A stretch of 59,944 bases of DNA from a virus (lineage: Duplodnaviria > Caudoviricetes). Position numbers and translations under genes: made by a program. The stretch covers positions 1 through 59,944 of IMG/VR virus record IMGVR_UViG_3300043661_000028. One strand, written 5' to 3'. The notes under the pieces were generated by a model that saw only the letters and a list, made by a program, of their open reading frames with translations, made no database searches and had not been told where the DNA came from. Of this stretch, positions 25,672 to 35,402 are shown piece by piece; position 1 is the stretch's first letter; each line of letters opens with the position of its first letter.

Positions 25672-25842
25672 ATGTTCGCAATCGCGGGGATTATCGCCCT
25701 GGTGATCGCAGCTTTCCTGAAGGTGGTCGGCAAGTACCCGGACGCGATCCTCTGGCTGGTCATCATCGGCGCCATCCTGATCGGCATCGAGGCCGCGTGG
25801 GGAGTCCGCCGTTCCGGCTGGTACGGCCGCCGCGCCGCATAG
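25672..25842 (+). CDS. Small 2-TM membrane protein
   Basis: SD GGAGG; MFAIAGIIALVIAAFL...ILWLVIIGAILIG. Confidence 0.6.
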   Translation: MFAIAGIIALVIAAFLKVVGKYPDAILWLVIIGAILIGIEAAWGVRRSGWYGRRAA

Positions 25843-26473
25843 CATCACGACCATGGCTGAGACCTTCACCTGGCCGGACTGGCTAACAGGAATGACCGGC
25901 CGGGAACGGCTCCAGAAGATCATGGCAGCTGTCCACCGCTGCTACATGGAGCACGAACCTGGTATCCAGAATCCGAGCGGCCCGCATCTGACGATCGGCA
26001 TGGCCGAGAAGCTCATCGCGCAACTGCTTCCCGGTGACCAGGTGCAATCACGCGCCGACGGCGCGCCGTCCGATGAGGACCGGATCCGCGATGCCATGGC
26101 TGAGGCGCGCGACCACCCCGGCCGCACCATCACCAGGTGACCATGGCTGACACGGAAGCCGAGCGGCGAGCCCAGCAGGCCATCTGCGAGGCTTTCGCCG
26201 TCCAGCCGCACGTGATCGGCCTCAAGCCGCGTCCCGCGCGCCTGCGGTTCCGGCTCGTCCGGTGCGTAGATCACGTCGCTGTCTGGCTCGGCGGCCATGG
26301 TCATGACCGTGCGGCCGTGCGGCTGTGGCGGCTGTCCGGGCTGTGGTGACCATGGCGAAGCTGCTGCGAAGGCTCAGAAGCGCAATATTCGGCAGCTCCT
26401 GGCCGGAAACGTGGACACAGTCATCAGCCCGGCTTGAGGCGGCGGCAATCAAAGCGCGTGCCTGCACCGGCGA

Positions 26474-26818
26474 ATGGCCAGGCTGACCATGAGCTTCTGG
26501 CCATCCGGATTCACCAGCGCCGACCGCGCGGTGCTCAACGGGCTCGCGGCCACCATGAAAACCGTCACCACGACACTAGGGAAGATCATGAGCGAAGACG
26601 CCACCGTAGCCGCCGAAGTCGCCGACACCGACGCCAAGATCGGGGCGGCTCTCGCCCTGCTCGGCACCGTTCAGGGGCTGCTCACCGCCCTGCAAGGTGA
26701 GGGCGGCCTGTCCGCCGCCACCCTGGCCGCCATCACTAAGACGCAGGCCGACGCCGATGCCCTGGCCACCGCCGCGCAGGCCGACGTCACCGCAGACACG
26801 CCAGCCGCCGCCAGCTGA
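26474..26818 (+). CDS. Ala-rich coiled-coil protein
   Basis: Heptad-like pattern, good codon usage. Confidence 0.5.
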   Translation: MARLTMSFWPSGFTSADRAVLNGLAATMKTVTTTLGKIMSEDATVAAEVADTDAKIGAALALLGTVQGLLTALQGEGGLSAATLAAITKTQADADALATAAQADVTADTPAAAS

Positions 26819-26997
26819 ACAATGGGGCTGCACTGGCGGGCCAGCATCACGCATGACCCCCGGTTCGTGAATATCCCGTACTGGCCGCACAGGATCATCG
26901 TGATCGGCTGGGGCAGGCTAAGCCGCCGCGCCGTCTTCCACCCGAATCAGCCATGCATCTACCGGATGCACCTGCAGCATTGCTGCGAACACTGACC

Positions 26998-27303
26998 ATG
27001 GGCGCACGTGTGCGCTGGCGCGGCACCACAGCACAGCGCGGCTACGACCACCGCCACCAAGCCGAACGCGAACGGCGCCTCGCCATGTACAGGCCCGGCG
27101 ACCGGTGCGCCCACGGCGGCGAACCACTGACCTGGTGGCCGCTGACGGTGGCACGGCGTTTCCTGGACCTCCCGCACACGCCCGACCGCACCGGCTATCT
27201 ACCTGGACTTTCCTGTCGCCGCCATAATCGCGGCGAGGGCGCGACCAGGGGGAATCGCAAGCGTGACAGGATCAGGACATGGCAGACATCACGCCAGTGG
27301 TGA
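26998..27303 (+). CDS. Packaging-associated HNH endonuclease-like protein
   Basis: TAQRGYDHRHQAER...CAHGG...LDLPHTPDRTGY...CRRHNRGEG; upstream of terminase. Confidence 0.7.
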   Translation: MGARVRWRGTTAQRGYDHRHQAERERRLAMYRPGDRCAHGGEPLTWWPLTVARRFLDLPHTPDRTGYLPGLSCRRHNRGEGATRGNRKRDRIRTWQTSRQW

Positions 27304-27662
27304 CCACCGAGGCATACCGGATCAGCACAGGCCGCGCCCGTATGCTGAACGGCGCCCGGCCGAAGTGGGTAATGGTCGGCCTGGAATGGGACGGCCCCGG
27401 CGTCCTGCTGATGGCCAGCGACCGGCTGTCACGCGCCCAGCTGGACTTCGAGGCATGGCGGTACGAATTCCGCGACATAGCGGACATGCAGGCGAACTTC
27501 ACGCCGTCGCTGGCACTGACGACGATCATCGACACGCGGCCGGCGCAGGGCCGCAAAGACGGCTACGTGCTGATCGCGGCACCGGACTGGCCGCAGGCGA
27601 TGCAGGCGCTATTCGGTGAGTGGACGCCAGGGCCGGAACAGCGCGCGCTAGAGCAGCGGTGA
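27279..27662 (+). CDS. Hypothetical protein
   Basis: Overlapping ORF, good codon usage. Confidence 0.5.
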   Translation: MADITPVVTTEAYRISTGRARMLNGARPKWVMVGLEWDGPGVLLMASDRLSRAQLDFEAWRYEFRDIADMQANFTPSLALTTIIDTRPAQGRKDGYVLIAAPDWPQAMQALFGEWTPGPEQRALEQR

Positions 27663-27914
27663 GCCACACATGGACGCTGCTGATCTGGACATTCCAGGCT
27701 GCGTTCGACGTGTGCGCGTGGCTGTTCATCACCGTGCTCTGGCTGGCACGACGCGACTAGCGCAGCGATGGTGACCGGCGCAGCGATGGTGACCGGCGCA
27801 CATGACGCCTGCGCTTGCACATGCCCGTTGCGCTTGCCGTCTGCGTTAGATGGTCGCGGTTGCGATGGGATGGCACGACGGATGGCAGTGACAGGCAGTG
27901 ACCACGGTCGGTGC

Positions 27915-27992
27915 GACCACCCGCCTGATGATCAGTGACCACCCGCCGACCTGAGCGACCACCCGCCGGTGCCTGGCACTCCGACCACCCGC
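27915..27992 (+). repeat. Four copies of GACCACCCGC upstream of TerS
   Basis: Copies at 27915, 27937, 27957 and 27983. Confidence 0.75.
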
Positions 27993-28097
27993 GAGCCTCT
28001 GACCGGCAAGGATGGATCGCGCGCTTGCTGGAGCTGACCTGCCGCGACTCCGCAGCCGTGCGTCATATATTCGGCACTCAGTGTTACGTAACGGAGG

Positions 28098-28403
28098 GTG
28101 ATTTTGGCTGATTCTGACGCCCTCCGGATGCGCCGGTCGCGCCGGCACAAGGCGGGTGATCACTCGCTGTGCCGCAACTGCGCGGCCCTGAAACTTGCCG
28201 CGCCGGCGGCCTGCGGCGAGGTGACCGACGCGCGGGCCGAGCTGCGCCAGCTGGCGTACCGGATGGCTGCGGCGCACCGGGAGGACCCGTCGAACGCGTT
28301 CCTGGGCGCGGAGCTGCGCAAGACGCTGCTCGAGCTGATGCCGAAGGGCAACGCCGATGCCGATGCCGACCTCACGGGACTGTTCGGCGCCTTGCAGGCC
28401 TAG
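28098..28403 (+). CDS. Terminase small subunit
   Basis: RRSRRHKAGDHSLC...AELRKTLLEL; immediately before TerL. Confidence 0.7.
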   Translation: MILADSDALRMRRSRRHKAGDHSLCRNCAALKLAAPAACGEVTDARAELRQLAYRMAAAHREDPSNAFLGAELRKTLLELMPKGNADADADLTGLFGALQA

Positions 28404-29298
28404 GTTCGCCACTCCCGCCACGGACCGCCCGAACCTGGCCGCCGGGATCTCCAGGACGGCGGCGCTGCTCGGGTTCCGCACGTCGCTCGGGCCTGGCCTG
28501 ATGCCGTGGCAGGACGAGGCGAACGCCGTCACGACGGAGCTGCTGCCGGACGGCCGGTTCGCGTACCGGCAGGTCGTGATCGAGGTGATGCGGCAGCAGG
28601 GCAAGACGGTGGACCTGCTGTCGATGATGGTCGCGCGGGCCTTGCGCCGTCCCGGCACGCAGATCAGCTACACGGCGCAGACGCGGCTGGACGCGCGGCA
28701 CCGGCTGCTGGACGTGTGGTGGCCGCTGGTTGAGCGGTCCAAGCTGCGGCGGTTCATCGACGTGCGGCGCGGCTCCGGGAGCGAGGCGTACCTGTTCAGG
28801 AACGGCTCCATGCTGGGCCTGGTGTCCGGGACGAAGACCTCCGGTCACGGCGACGTGCTCGATTTGGGCGTCATAGACGAGGCCTGGGCGCAGGAGGATG
28901 ATCACCTGGAGCAGGCGATGCGCCCGGCGATGATGACGCGGGACGCGCAGCTGTGGGTGGTCAGCGCGGCGGGCACGGAGAAGTCGGCGTATTTCCGCGG
29001 GAAGGTCGACGACGGGCGGGCCCGCGCGGAGATGGGCGTGACGGAGAACGGGTGCTACATCGGGTACAGCGCGGCGGATGATGAGGACCCCGCGGACCCG
29101 GCTACCTGGTGGCGCCGGATGCCCGCGCTGGGGATCACGGTGACGGAGGAGACCGTGAAGGCCGACTTCGAGCTGATGGACCTTCCCGAGTTCCGGCGGG
29201 CGTACCTGTGCCAGTGGCCGGATGTGGCGAAGCCGGGCTGGGAAGTCATCGGCAAGGACACGTGGGGCGCGGCGGCTGTCCCGCAGGGCCGGCTATGA
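28357..29298 (+). CDS. Terminase large subunit, ATPase part
   Basis: PRFATP; LMPWQ; Walker A MRQQGKT; Walker B LGVIDEAW; VSAAG; MPALG; EFRRAYLCQW. Confidence 0.9.
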   Translation: MPMPTSRDCSAPCRPRFATPATDRPNLAAGISRTAALLGFRTSLGPGLMPWQDEANAVTTELLPDGRFAYRQVVIEVMRQQGKTVDLLSMMVARALRRPGTQISYTAQTRLDARHRLLDVWWPLVERSKLRRFIDVRRGSGSEAYLFRNGSMLGLVSGTKTSGHGDVLDLGVIDEAWAQEDDHLEQAMRPAMMTRDAQLWVVSAAGTEKSAYFRGKVDDGRARAEMGVTENGCYIGYSAADDEDPADPATWWRRMPALGITVTEETVKADFELMDLPEFRRAYLCQWPDVAKPGWEVIGKDTWGAAAVPQGRL

Positions 29299-29380
29299 GT
29301 GAAAGTCCGCCGGAAGTCGGCCATCTGCCAAGGTCAGCGCCCGGCATGTATTGTTACCGGCTCGTGAAAGTCCGCCGGAA

Positions 29381-29911
29381 ATGAGCGGCGAGGTCGCGTT
29401 CGGGTGCGCGATCAGCGACAGCTGCGCCTGCCATCCGAAGAAAGCCCGGCAGCACGGCTCCATCGTCGCCGCCGGGCGTAGCGCGTCGGGGAAGATCCTG
29501 GTCGACCTGGCGCCGTTCTACGGTCACCCGTGGCTGCTGGTGCCCCGGATGGAGATGCTGTGGGCGAAGCATGACCCGGTGGCGGTGGTGGTGAACCCGA
29601 AGTCGCATTCGGGGACGCTGGTGAAGCCGCTGGCCGACGCCGGGATCCTGGTGCGCGAGGTGACGGCGCAGGAGGTCGCCGTGGCCCACGGCGAGTTCCT
29701 CGACCTGGTTGATGACGAGGGCCTGGAGCACCTGGACCAGGACCCGCTGACCGCTGCTGTGCGGGCCGCGCAGCAGCGTCCCCTGGCGGGCGCGCAGGCG
29801 TGGGACCCGAAGGTGGCCGTTGATCAGGGACCGCTGGTGGCGGCGACGCTGGCGACGTGGGCGTTCGCGCGGTGGGAAGAATTGGCCACGCCCGGCGTCT
29901 GGCAGGTCTAG
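29381..29911 (+). CDS. Terminase large subunit, nuclease part (separate ORF)
   Basis: VAFG...SIVAAG...LEHLDQDPLTAAV...DQGPLVAATLA.WA. Confidence 0.8.
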   Translation: MSGEVAFGCAISDSCACHPKKARQHGSIVAAGRSASGKILVDLAPFYGHPWLLVPRMEMLWAKHDPVAVVVNPKSHSGTLVKPLADAGILVREVTAQEVAVAHGEFLDLVDDEGLEHLDQDPLTAAVRAAQQRPLAGAQAWDPKVAVDQGPLVAATLATWAFARWEELATPGVWQV

Positions 29912-30185
29912 GTCCGGAACGCGAACCGGAATACCCGGGTCCCGTCGTCGCGGATGCTGCCGGTCCAGCGGTACACCGCAGTGTCCATCAGCGGCCTGGT
30001 CAGATCAGGTCCATCAGCGGCCTGGTCAGATCAGGTCCGGTGGCGGCCAGCGTGATTTCCGGCGGGATCGGCAGCTGCCGCGTGTCGCGGTTGCCGGGGA
30101 CGCACATCCGGCGGCCGTCGAAGTAGCCGCCGGTCAGCTCGATCTCTACCGGCGGATCGTCATACAGGTCCTCAATGCGGGACAT
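29908..30185 (-). pseudogene. Small inserted gene frameshifted by a 26-bp tandem duplication
   Basis: Removing one copy of 29983-30008 / 30009-30034 restores an 83-aa ORF ending VYRWTGSIRDDGTRVFRFAFRT. Confidence 0.7.
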
Positions 30186-30208
30186 GGAGCCCAGCTTAGG
30201 AGGCACCG

Positions 30209-30430
30209 ATGCGCCTGTCCGCCGTCCTGCTGCTGTGTTCCCTCGCCGGGGTCCTGGGCGGCGCGTGGCTGATCGGCCGGTGGGCGCTGGGCGCGGCGAT
30301 CGTGGCGGACAGCGTCGCGGTGGCCGCGTGGGCGCTGTTCCACGATGACGGCGCGGGCCGCCCGGAGCCGTCGGTGCATGAGGTGCCGACGCTGGCGCAG
30401 GTGCTGGAAAGGGCCCGGCGGGCCGGGTGA
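30209..30430 (+). CDS. Small membrane protein between TerL and portal
   Basis: SD AGGAGG; two hydrophobic helices. Confidence 0.65.
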   Translation: MRLSAVLLLCSLAGVLGGAWLIGRWALGAAIVADSVAVAAWALFHDDGAGRPEPSVHEVPTLAQVLERARRAG

Positions 30431-30624
30431 AGGTCGAGATCACCGAGGTCGAGCGGCTGGCGCTGCAGCCCGGCGACCGGTTGATCGTCCACGTCGATCA
30501 GCACCTCACTGACCAGCTCGCCGACTGGATCGAGCAGATTGTCCGCAGCCGCCTGCAGCTTCCTGCTGACGTTCCGGTGCTGGTCACCGGCCTAGGCATG
30601 TCCGTGGCCGTGGTCACGCCGTGA
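30427..30624 (+). CDS. Hypothetical protein
   Basis: ERLALQPGDRLIV; GTGA overlaps. Confidence 0.6.
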   Translation: MKVEITEVERLALQPGDRLIVHVDQHLTDQLADWIEQIVRSRLQLPADVPVLVTGLGMSVAVVTP

Positions 30625-30896
30625 GGCCTGGAGAGGATGAGTCGTTCAGGATGAATGGCGGGGCGGAATACAGCCTGATCCTGGCTTTCGACTCTGATGA
30701 TGCCGAATTCACGCGCGGATTCGAGGCTGGCCAACTATGGGAGCGGCTGGAGCGTGACGGCTTCGCCGGACAGCTGATCCATGCCGAGAACGCCGAGATG
30801 GTCATGCGCATGGCCGCGGCCAAGGGCCTGGCGTTCCGCGCGGAGGACGTCGGCGACGGCTGGATGCAGGTCGCTGTTGGGCGTGAGCCTGAGTGA
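30621..30896 (+). CDS. Hypothetical protein
   Basis: AFDSDDAEFTRGFEAGQLW; overlaps the portal start. Confidence 0.55.
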   Translation: MRPGEDESFRMNGGAEYSLILAFDSDDAEFTRGFEAGQLWERLERDGFAGQLIHAENAEMVMRMAAAKGLAFRAEDVGDGWMQVAVGREPE

Positions 30897-32335
30897 GGCT
30901 GATTGACCGGCTGATCCGCCGGGACGGCTACTGGGAAGGCCAGGCCAGCGGCGCCGCGGTCCTGACCACCTCCTACGGGTCCCCGGACCGGGAGGCGGTC
31001 CTGCCGCAGCTGACCGCGTGGGCGCAGCAGGCCAACGCGTCCGCGTCACCGGTGTTCTCCGCCATCCTGGTCCGGATGATGCTGCTGGCCGAGGCGCAGT
31101 TCCAGCTGCAGGCCAAGGACGACAAGCACCTGTACGGGAACACCAGCCTGGCGGTGCTGGAGCACCCGTGGGGCCCGGACACGGTGTCGGGTGAGCTGAT
31201 CGCCCGCTGCGAGCAGGACGCCAGCGTGGCCGGGAACTCCTACACGTGGGCGCCCCCCGGCGAGGACGTCCTGGTCCGGCTCCGCCCCGACTGGACCACG
31301 ATCGTGTCCGAGCGGGTGGCGGTGGACAGCGGGGATCCCGCTCACCCGGGCTGGTACCGCAAGAAAATCGGCTACTGGCATGAGCCGCCCAGGTCGGTGA
31401 CCGACCAGGGCAGCGGGTTCCTCGCCCCCGCGGAAGAAGTGGCCCACTGGGCGCCCATCACCGACCCGAACGCCACGTTCCGGGGCATGTCCTGGCTGAC
31501 GCCGGTGATGCGGGACGTGCAGGGCGACGACGGGATGGCCCAGTACAAGATCCGGTACCTGACCAACAACGCCACGCCGAACATCGTCATCAAGTACGCG
31601 CAGAAGCTGCAGCCGGCCACGATCGATAGCATCCGGGACCGGGTCAACGCCCGGTACGGCGGCCCGGACAACGCCGGGAAGACCCTGATCCTGGATCAGG
31701 GCGCGGACCTGGTGCTGGCCGGGAACAGCCTGTTGCAGATGGACTTCGCGAACGTCACGCAGGCGGGCATCGAGCGGATCCTGGCCGCGTCGGGGGTGCC
31801 GCCGCTGCTGATCGGCCTGGAATCCATCAAGGGCGCCGGCAAGTCGTATCAGGAGGTCATCCGCCGGTTCGGGGACCTGACGCTGCGGCCGTTGTGGCGG
31901 TCGCTGTGCGGCGCGCTGGAACCCCTCGTCCCCGGCGTCCCGGCCGGAAGCCGCTTGTGGGTCGACACCAGCGACATCGCCGCGCTGCAGGACGGCGAGC
32001 AGGTCCGCGCGCAGGTCACCCTGATCCGCGCCCAGGCGCTGCTGGCACTGGAGCAGGCCGGTTATGACCGGATGAGCGCGGTCAAGGCGATCGAGGCCGG
32101 TGACATGGGGCAGCTGGAGGAGGCCGAGGAGCCGCCGCCGCCGCAGAACCTGCCGGTGCAACATTTGCTCGGGCAGCCCGGCCAGCCAGGCGCGACCGCG
32201 GACCCGCTGCCGCCGACCATGCCCAGGCTGCCGGTCGGGTCGACGTCGCCGGGTGACGGCGGGAACAACACGCGGCCGACCCCGCGGCCGTCGTCGGCGC
32301 GCCGGGCGCTCGAGGGCGCGAACGGCCGTGGATGA
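30893..32335 (+). CDS. Portal protein (HK97 type)
   Basis: GNSY...LRPD...FRGMSWL...YLTNNATP...NAGKTLIL...ILAASGVPPLLIG. Confidence 0.9.
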   Translation: MRLIDRLIRRDGYWEGQASGAAVLTTSYGSPDREAVLPQLTAWAQQANASASPVFSAILVRMMLLAEAQFQLQAKDDKHLYGNTSLAVLEHPWGPDTVSGELIARCEQDASVAGNSYTWAPPGEDVLVRLRPDWTTIVSERVAVDSGDPAHPGWYRKKIGYWHEPPRSVTDQGSGFLAPAEEVAHWAPITDPNATFRGMSWLTPVMRDVQGDDGMAQYKIRYLTNNATPNIVIKYAQKLQPATIDSIRDRVNARYGGPDNAGKTLILDQGADLVLAGNSLLQMDFANVTQAGIERILAASGVPPLLIGLESIKGAGKSYQEVIRRFGDLTLRPLWRSLCGALEPLVPGVPAGSRLWVDTSDIAALQDGEQVRAQVTLIRAQALLALEQAGYDRMSAVKAIEAGDMGQLEEAEEPPPPQNLPVQHLLGQPGQPGATADPLPPTMPRLPVGSTSPGDGGNNTRPTPRPSSARRALEGANGRG

Positions 32336-33635
32336 GCACGGCGCGGTCCGGCTCGGCGGCCAGGCTGCCCACCCAGGGGACACCGAACGCCTCCACGCGT
32401 ACTGGGTGCATGGTCCCGGCGCGGCCAAGGTTGCGTGGGGGACGCCCGGGGATTTTGACCGGTGCGTGGCCGAACTCGGCAAGTACATCAAGGACGCGGC
32501 CGGGTATTGCAATTTGGCGCACCATGCGGCGCTCGGCATCTGGCCTGCGCAGCACGCGGCGATGGAGAAGAAAGCGACCGGGAGGTCCACGGTGACGGTG
32601 ACGCAGCGCGCGGCGATGGCAACCGCGGACGTCAATGACCTGCCCGACGACCAGTTCGGTTACGTCGAGCAGGGCGGGGCCAAAGACGGGTCCGGGAAGA
32701 CCGTCCCGCGGTCGCTGCGGCATTTCCCGCTCCACGACAAGGCCCACGTCCAGAACGCGCTGGCCCAGGCATCGAAGTCACCGTTCGGCGACAAGGCCAT
32801 GCCGAAGATCAAGGCCGCAGCCAAGAAGTTCGGAGTTGACGTGAGCAGCGACAGCAACGGCAGCGCGTCCCGCGCGGAGCCGGTGTACTTCCGCACCTAT
32901 GAGCTCGAGGACATCCACATCGTCCGCGCGGCCCAGGGTGACAGCACCGGCCGGCTCGTCGAGGCGTACGCCACGGCGTTCAACGCCCCCGCCGAGATCC
33001 AGGACTTCGAGGGCCACTACATCGAGGAGATCGACCCGGCCGCGTTCAACAAGGTCCTCGCCGACATCGGCCGCAGCCGGGCGGGGTTCGGCAAGGTCAA
33101 GGTCATGTACAACCACGGGATGACGATCCACGGCACCCCGTCCGAGCGGGGCAGCATGCCGATCGCGACGCCCGTGGACATCCGTCCCGAGGCCCGCGGG
33201 CTGCTGACCCTGGCGCGGTACTCCGAGACACCGTTCGCCGATGAGGTCCTGGAGAACATCCGCAACGGCGCGATCACCGCCCAGTCGTTCATCGGCCGGA
33301 TCGTCCGCTCCGACCCGCAGGTCCGCGTCGGGGTCCGTCACCGGCCGCGCGGCGGGCAGCTGACCAGGGTCCGGCGCACCGAGCTGGGCCTGAAAGAGTT
33401 CGGCCCGACACCGTTCGAGGCCTACAGCGGCGCCGAGATCGTCGGCGTCCGCATGTCCGCTCCCGGCACCTGGGAGCCGGACGAGCACGAAGAGGCACTT
33501 CCCCCCGATGGTGAAGCCGCCGCCGGTGAGCCGCCCCCGCAAGGAGACGAGGGGCACTCGGCCCGGTATCACCAGCATTCGCTGTACGTCCTGAACTCTA
33601 AGGAGCTGCGGGAAAAGGCGGGGCTGGTCTGGTAA
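32328..33635 (+). CDS. Prohead protease with N-terminal accessory domains
   Basis: GTG 32328; YWVHGPGAAKVAWGTPGDFDRC domain; DUF6582-like RHFPLHDKAHVQNALA; protease core AYATAFN...MYNHG...QSFIG...EFGPTPFEAYSGA. Confidence 0.85.
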   Translation: MDEHGAVRLGGQAAHPGDTERLHAYWVHGPGAAKVAWGTPGDFDRCVAELGKYIKDAAGYCNLAHHAALGIWPAQHAAMEKKATGRSTVTVTQRAAMATADVNDLPDDQFGYVEQGGAKDGSGKTVPRSLRHFPLHDKAHVQNALAQASKSPFGDKAMPKIKAAAKKFGVDVSSDSNGSASRAEPVYFRTYELEDIHIVRAAQGDSTGRLVEAYATAFNAPAEIQDFEGHYIEEIDPAAFNKVLADIGRSRAGFGKVKVMYNHGMTIHGTPSERGSMPIATPVDIRPEARGLLTLARYSETPFADEVLENIRNGAITAQSFIGRIVRSDPQVRVGVRHRPRGGQLTRVRRTELGLKEFGPTPFEAYSGAEIVGVRMSAPGTWEPDEHEEALPPDGEAAAGEPPPQGDEGHSARYHQHSLYVLNSKELREKAGLVW

Positions 33636-33657
33636 CCAGACCGGAAGGACGTGGCGC

Positions 33658-35364
33658 ATGGCCACGCTGCAGGAATTCCTCGACGAGATGGCGAGGATCA
33701 AGCAAGAACTCCAGCGGATGGAATCCGAGGAGACAGTCACCGAGGAGAACGACGGCGACTACCGCGACAGCCTCCTGACCCGCTGGGAGGAACTGGACGG
33801 CAAGTCCAAGCCGCTCATCGAGCGGATGGAGAAGATCCGCGGCATCACCCGCGCCGCCGAAGACGAGGACAACCTCGAACGTCCCGACGGCGGGACCGGG
33901 ACCAGCGACGGGCGCTCCGGCGGCCGGCGCGGCGGGCCGGACCTGGTGACGAGCAGGTACCGCAACCCGTACGAGGACCTCGACTCGGTCAGGCATCACG
34001 TCGTCCGCACCTCCGAGCTCCGCGGCCGCGCGTTCGACGCGGTGGAACTTGAGGTCAAGCGCGGCAACCTGGCCCGCGATTTCGCCGAGAACGCCACCCG
34101 GATGGTGCAGGAGAACCCCGGCAAGCTCGGCCGCGGCGTCGCCGAGCACATGCTCCTCACCGGGTCCGAGGAATACCAGGACGCGTTCAGGGCCTACATG
34201 GAGGACCCGCAGGGCAACGCCCAGCGCGCCGCGCTGAGCCTGACACTCGCCAACGGCGGGTACCTGCTGCCGTTCGTGCTCGACCCGACGATCATCCTGA
34301 CCAACACCGGGTCGGCTAACCCGTGGCGGCGGATCTCCAACGTGAAGCAGACCACGTCGAACACATGGAACGGCGTCACATCGGCTGGCGTGAACGCGGC
34401 GTGGATCACTGAAGGTAACGTCGCCACCGACGTCACCCCGACCGTGGGGAACGTCCAGATCACCCCGCAGAAGGCCGCCGCGTGGGTGTTCGGTTCCTAT
34501 GAGGTGCTGGAGGACACCGACTTCGGGCAGCAGCTCCCCCGCTTGCTGGCCGACGCCAAGGACCGGCTGGAAGAGGCCGCGTTCGCGACCGGCGCGGGCG
34601 CCGGCGGCGTCCCGCAGGGCGTCATCGTCGGCGCGACCACCACCATCAACACGGCCACCACGCTGGTCGTCGCGGTCGGCGACATCTACGCCGTCCAGGG
34701 CGCGCTGCCACCGAGGTTCCGTAACGCTCCCGGGTGCGCGTGGGTCGCGAACGTCGCGATCATCAACAAGTTCCGGCAGCTCGACACCGCCGGCGGTGCG
34801 TCCTTCTGGACGAACCTGGGCAAGGGCCAGCCGGAGACGCTGCTCGGTGCTCCGATCTACGAGTCCACCACGATGGGCGGCGTCACCACCTCCGGGGCCC
34901 TCGAAGCCGTCATGGGCGACTTCGGGCAGTTCCTGGTCATTGACCGAGTCGGGGTCAGTTTGATCTATGAGCCCTTGGTTAAGGCCAGCGGCGGACAGCT
35001 ACCTTCAGGACAAGCCGGTCACTTCACACTGGCCGCCTGACAGAGCGATCTGTCAGTGAAAACCGCACCGTATCGGTGAACCCCACCAGGCAAGACGGGG
35101 GAATACCGAGGCAACCCGTACCGGGGAGTCCGTAGAGACTGAGCGTGTGGCAACTCCGATAGACCTGCGAAGCCGGTACAGCCGAGCAGGGCTGGAGCTG
35201 AAGTTACAGTCCGGTCTGCATCGATGGGAAAGATGCAGAGCCGCGCAGAAATGACGCGGCCTCACTCACCGTGACGAGTGAGTAACAATTCGTGGTTCTT
35301 GTTCTGGAGGGTGGGCAGCCAGGTCGCCGTACCTGGCGCTTTCAGGGTGATGAAGGGCCTGTAA
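33658..35364 (+). CDS. Major capsid protein (HK97 fold), spliced: join(33658..35019, 35293..35364), 477 aa
   Basis: ANGGYLLP, NAAWITEG, TLLGAPIYES, GDFGQFLVIDRVG; splicing restores the conserved end PSGQAG|WFLFWRVGSQVAVPGAFRVMKGL. Confidence 0.92.
35020..35292 (+). ncRNA. Group I self-splicing intron (273 nt, no ORF)
   Basis: Exon ends in U with U.G in P1; P2 CTGACAGA-GCGA-TCTGTCAG; P3 CCGCAC/GTGTGG; P4 TCGGT/ACCGA; P7 GACTG/CAGTC; P9 hairpins; terminal G at 35292. Confidence 0.9.
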
Positions 35365-35402
35365 GATCCTATCTGGTTTACATTCTGGCGTATACTGAGA
35401 GC

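Noticed and set aside
29295-29384. Intron, intein or IS in terL
   Set aside because: Only 86 bp with no ribozyme core or transposase; removing it does not restore a single reading frame
35292-35402. N-terminal extension of the HNH ORF given in the track (start 35292)
   Set aside because: Overlaps capsid exon 2 in another frame; the likely start is ATG 35403 after TATACT
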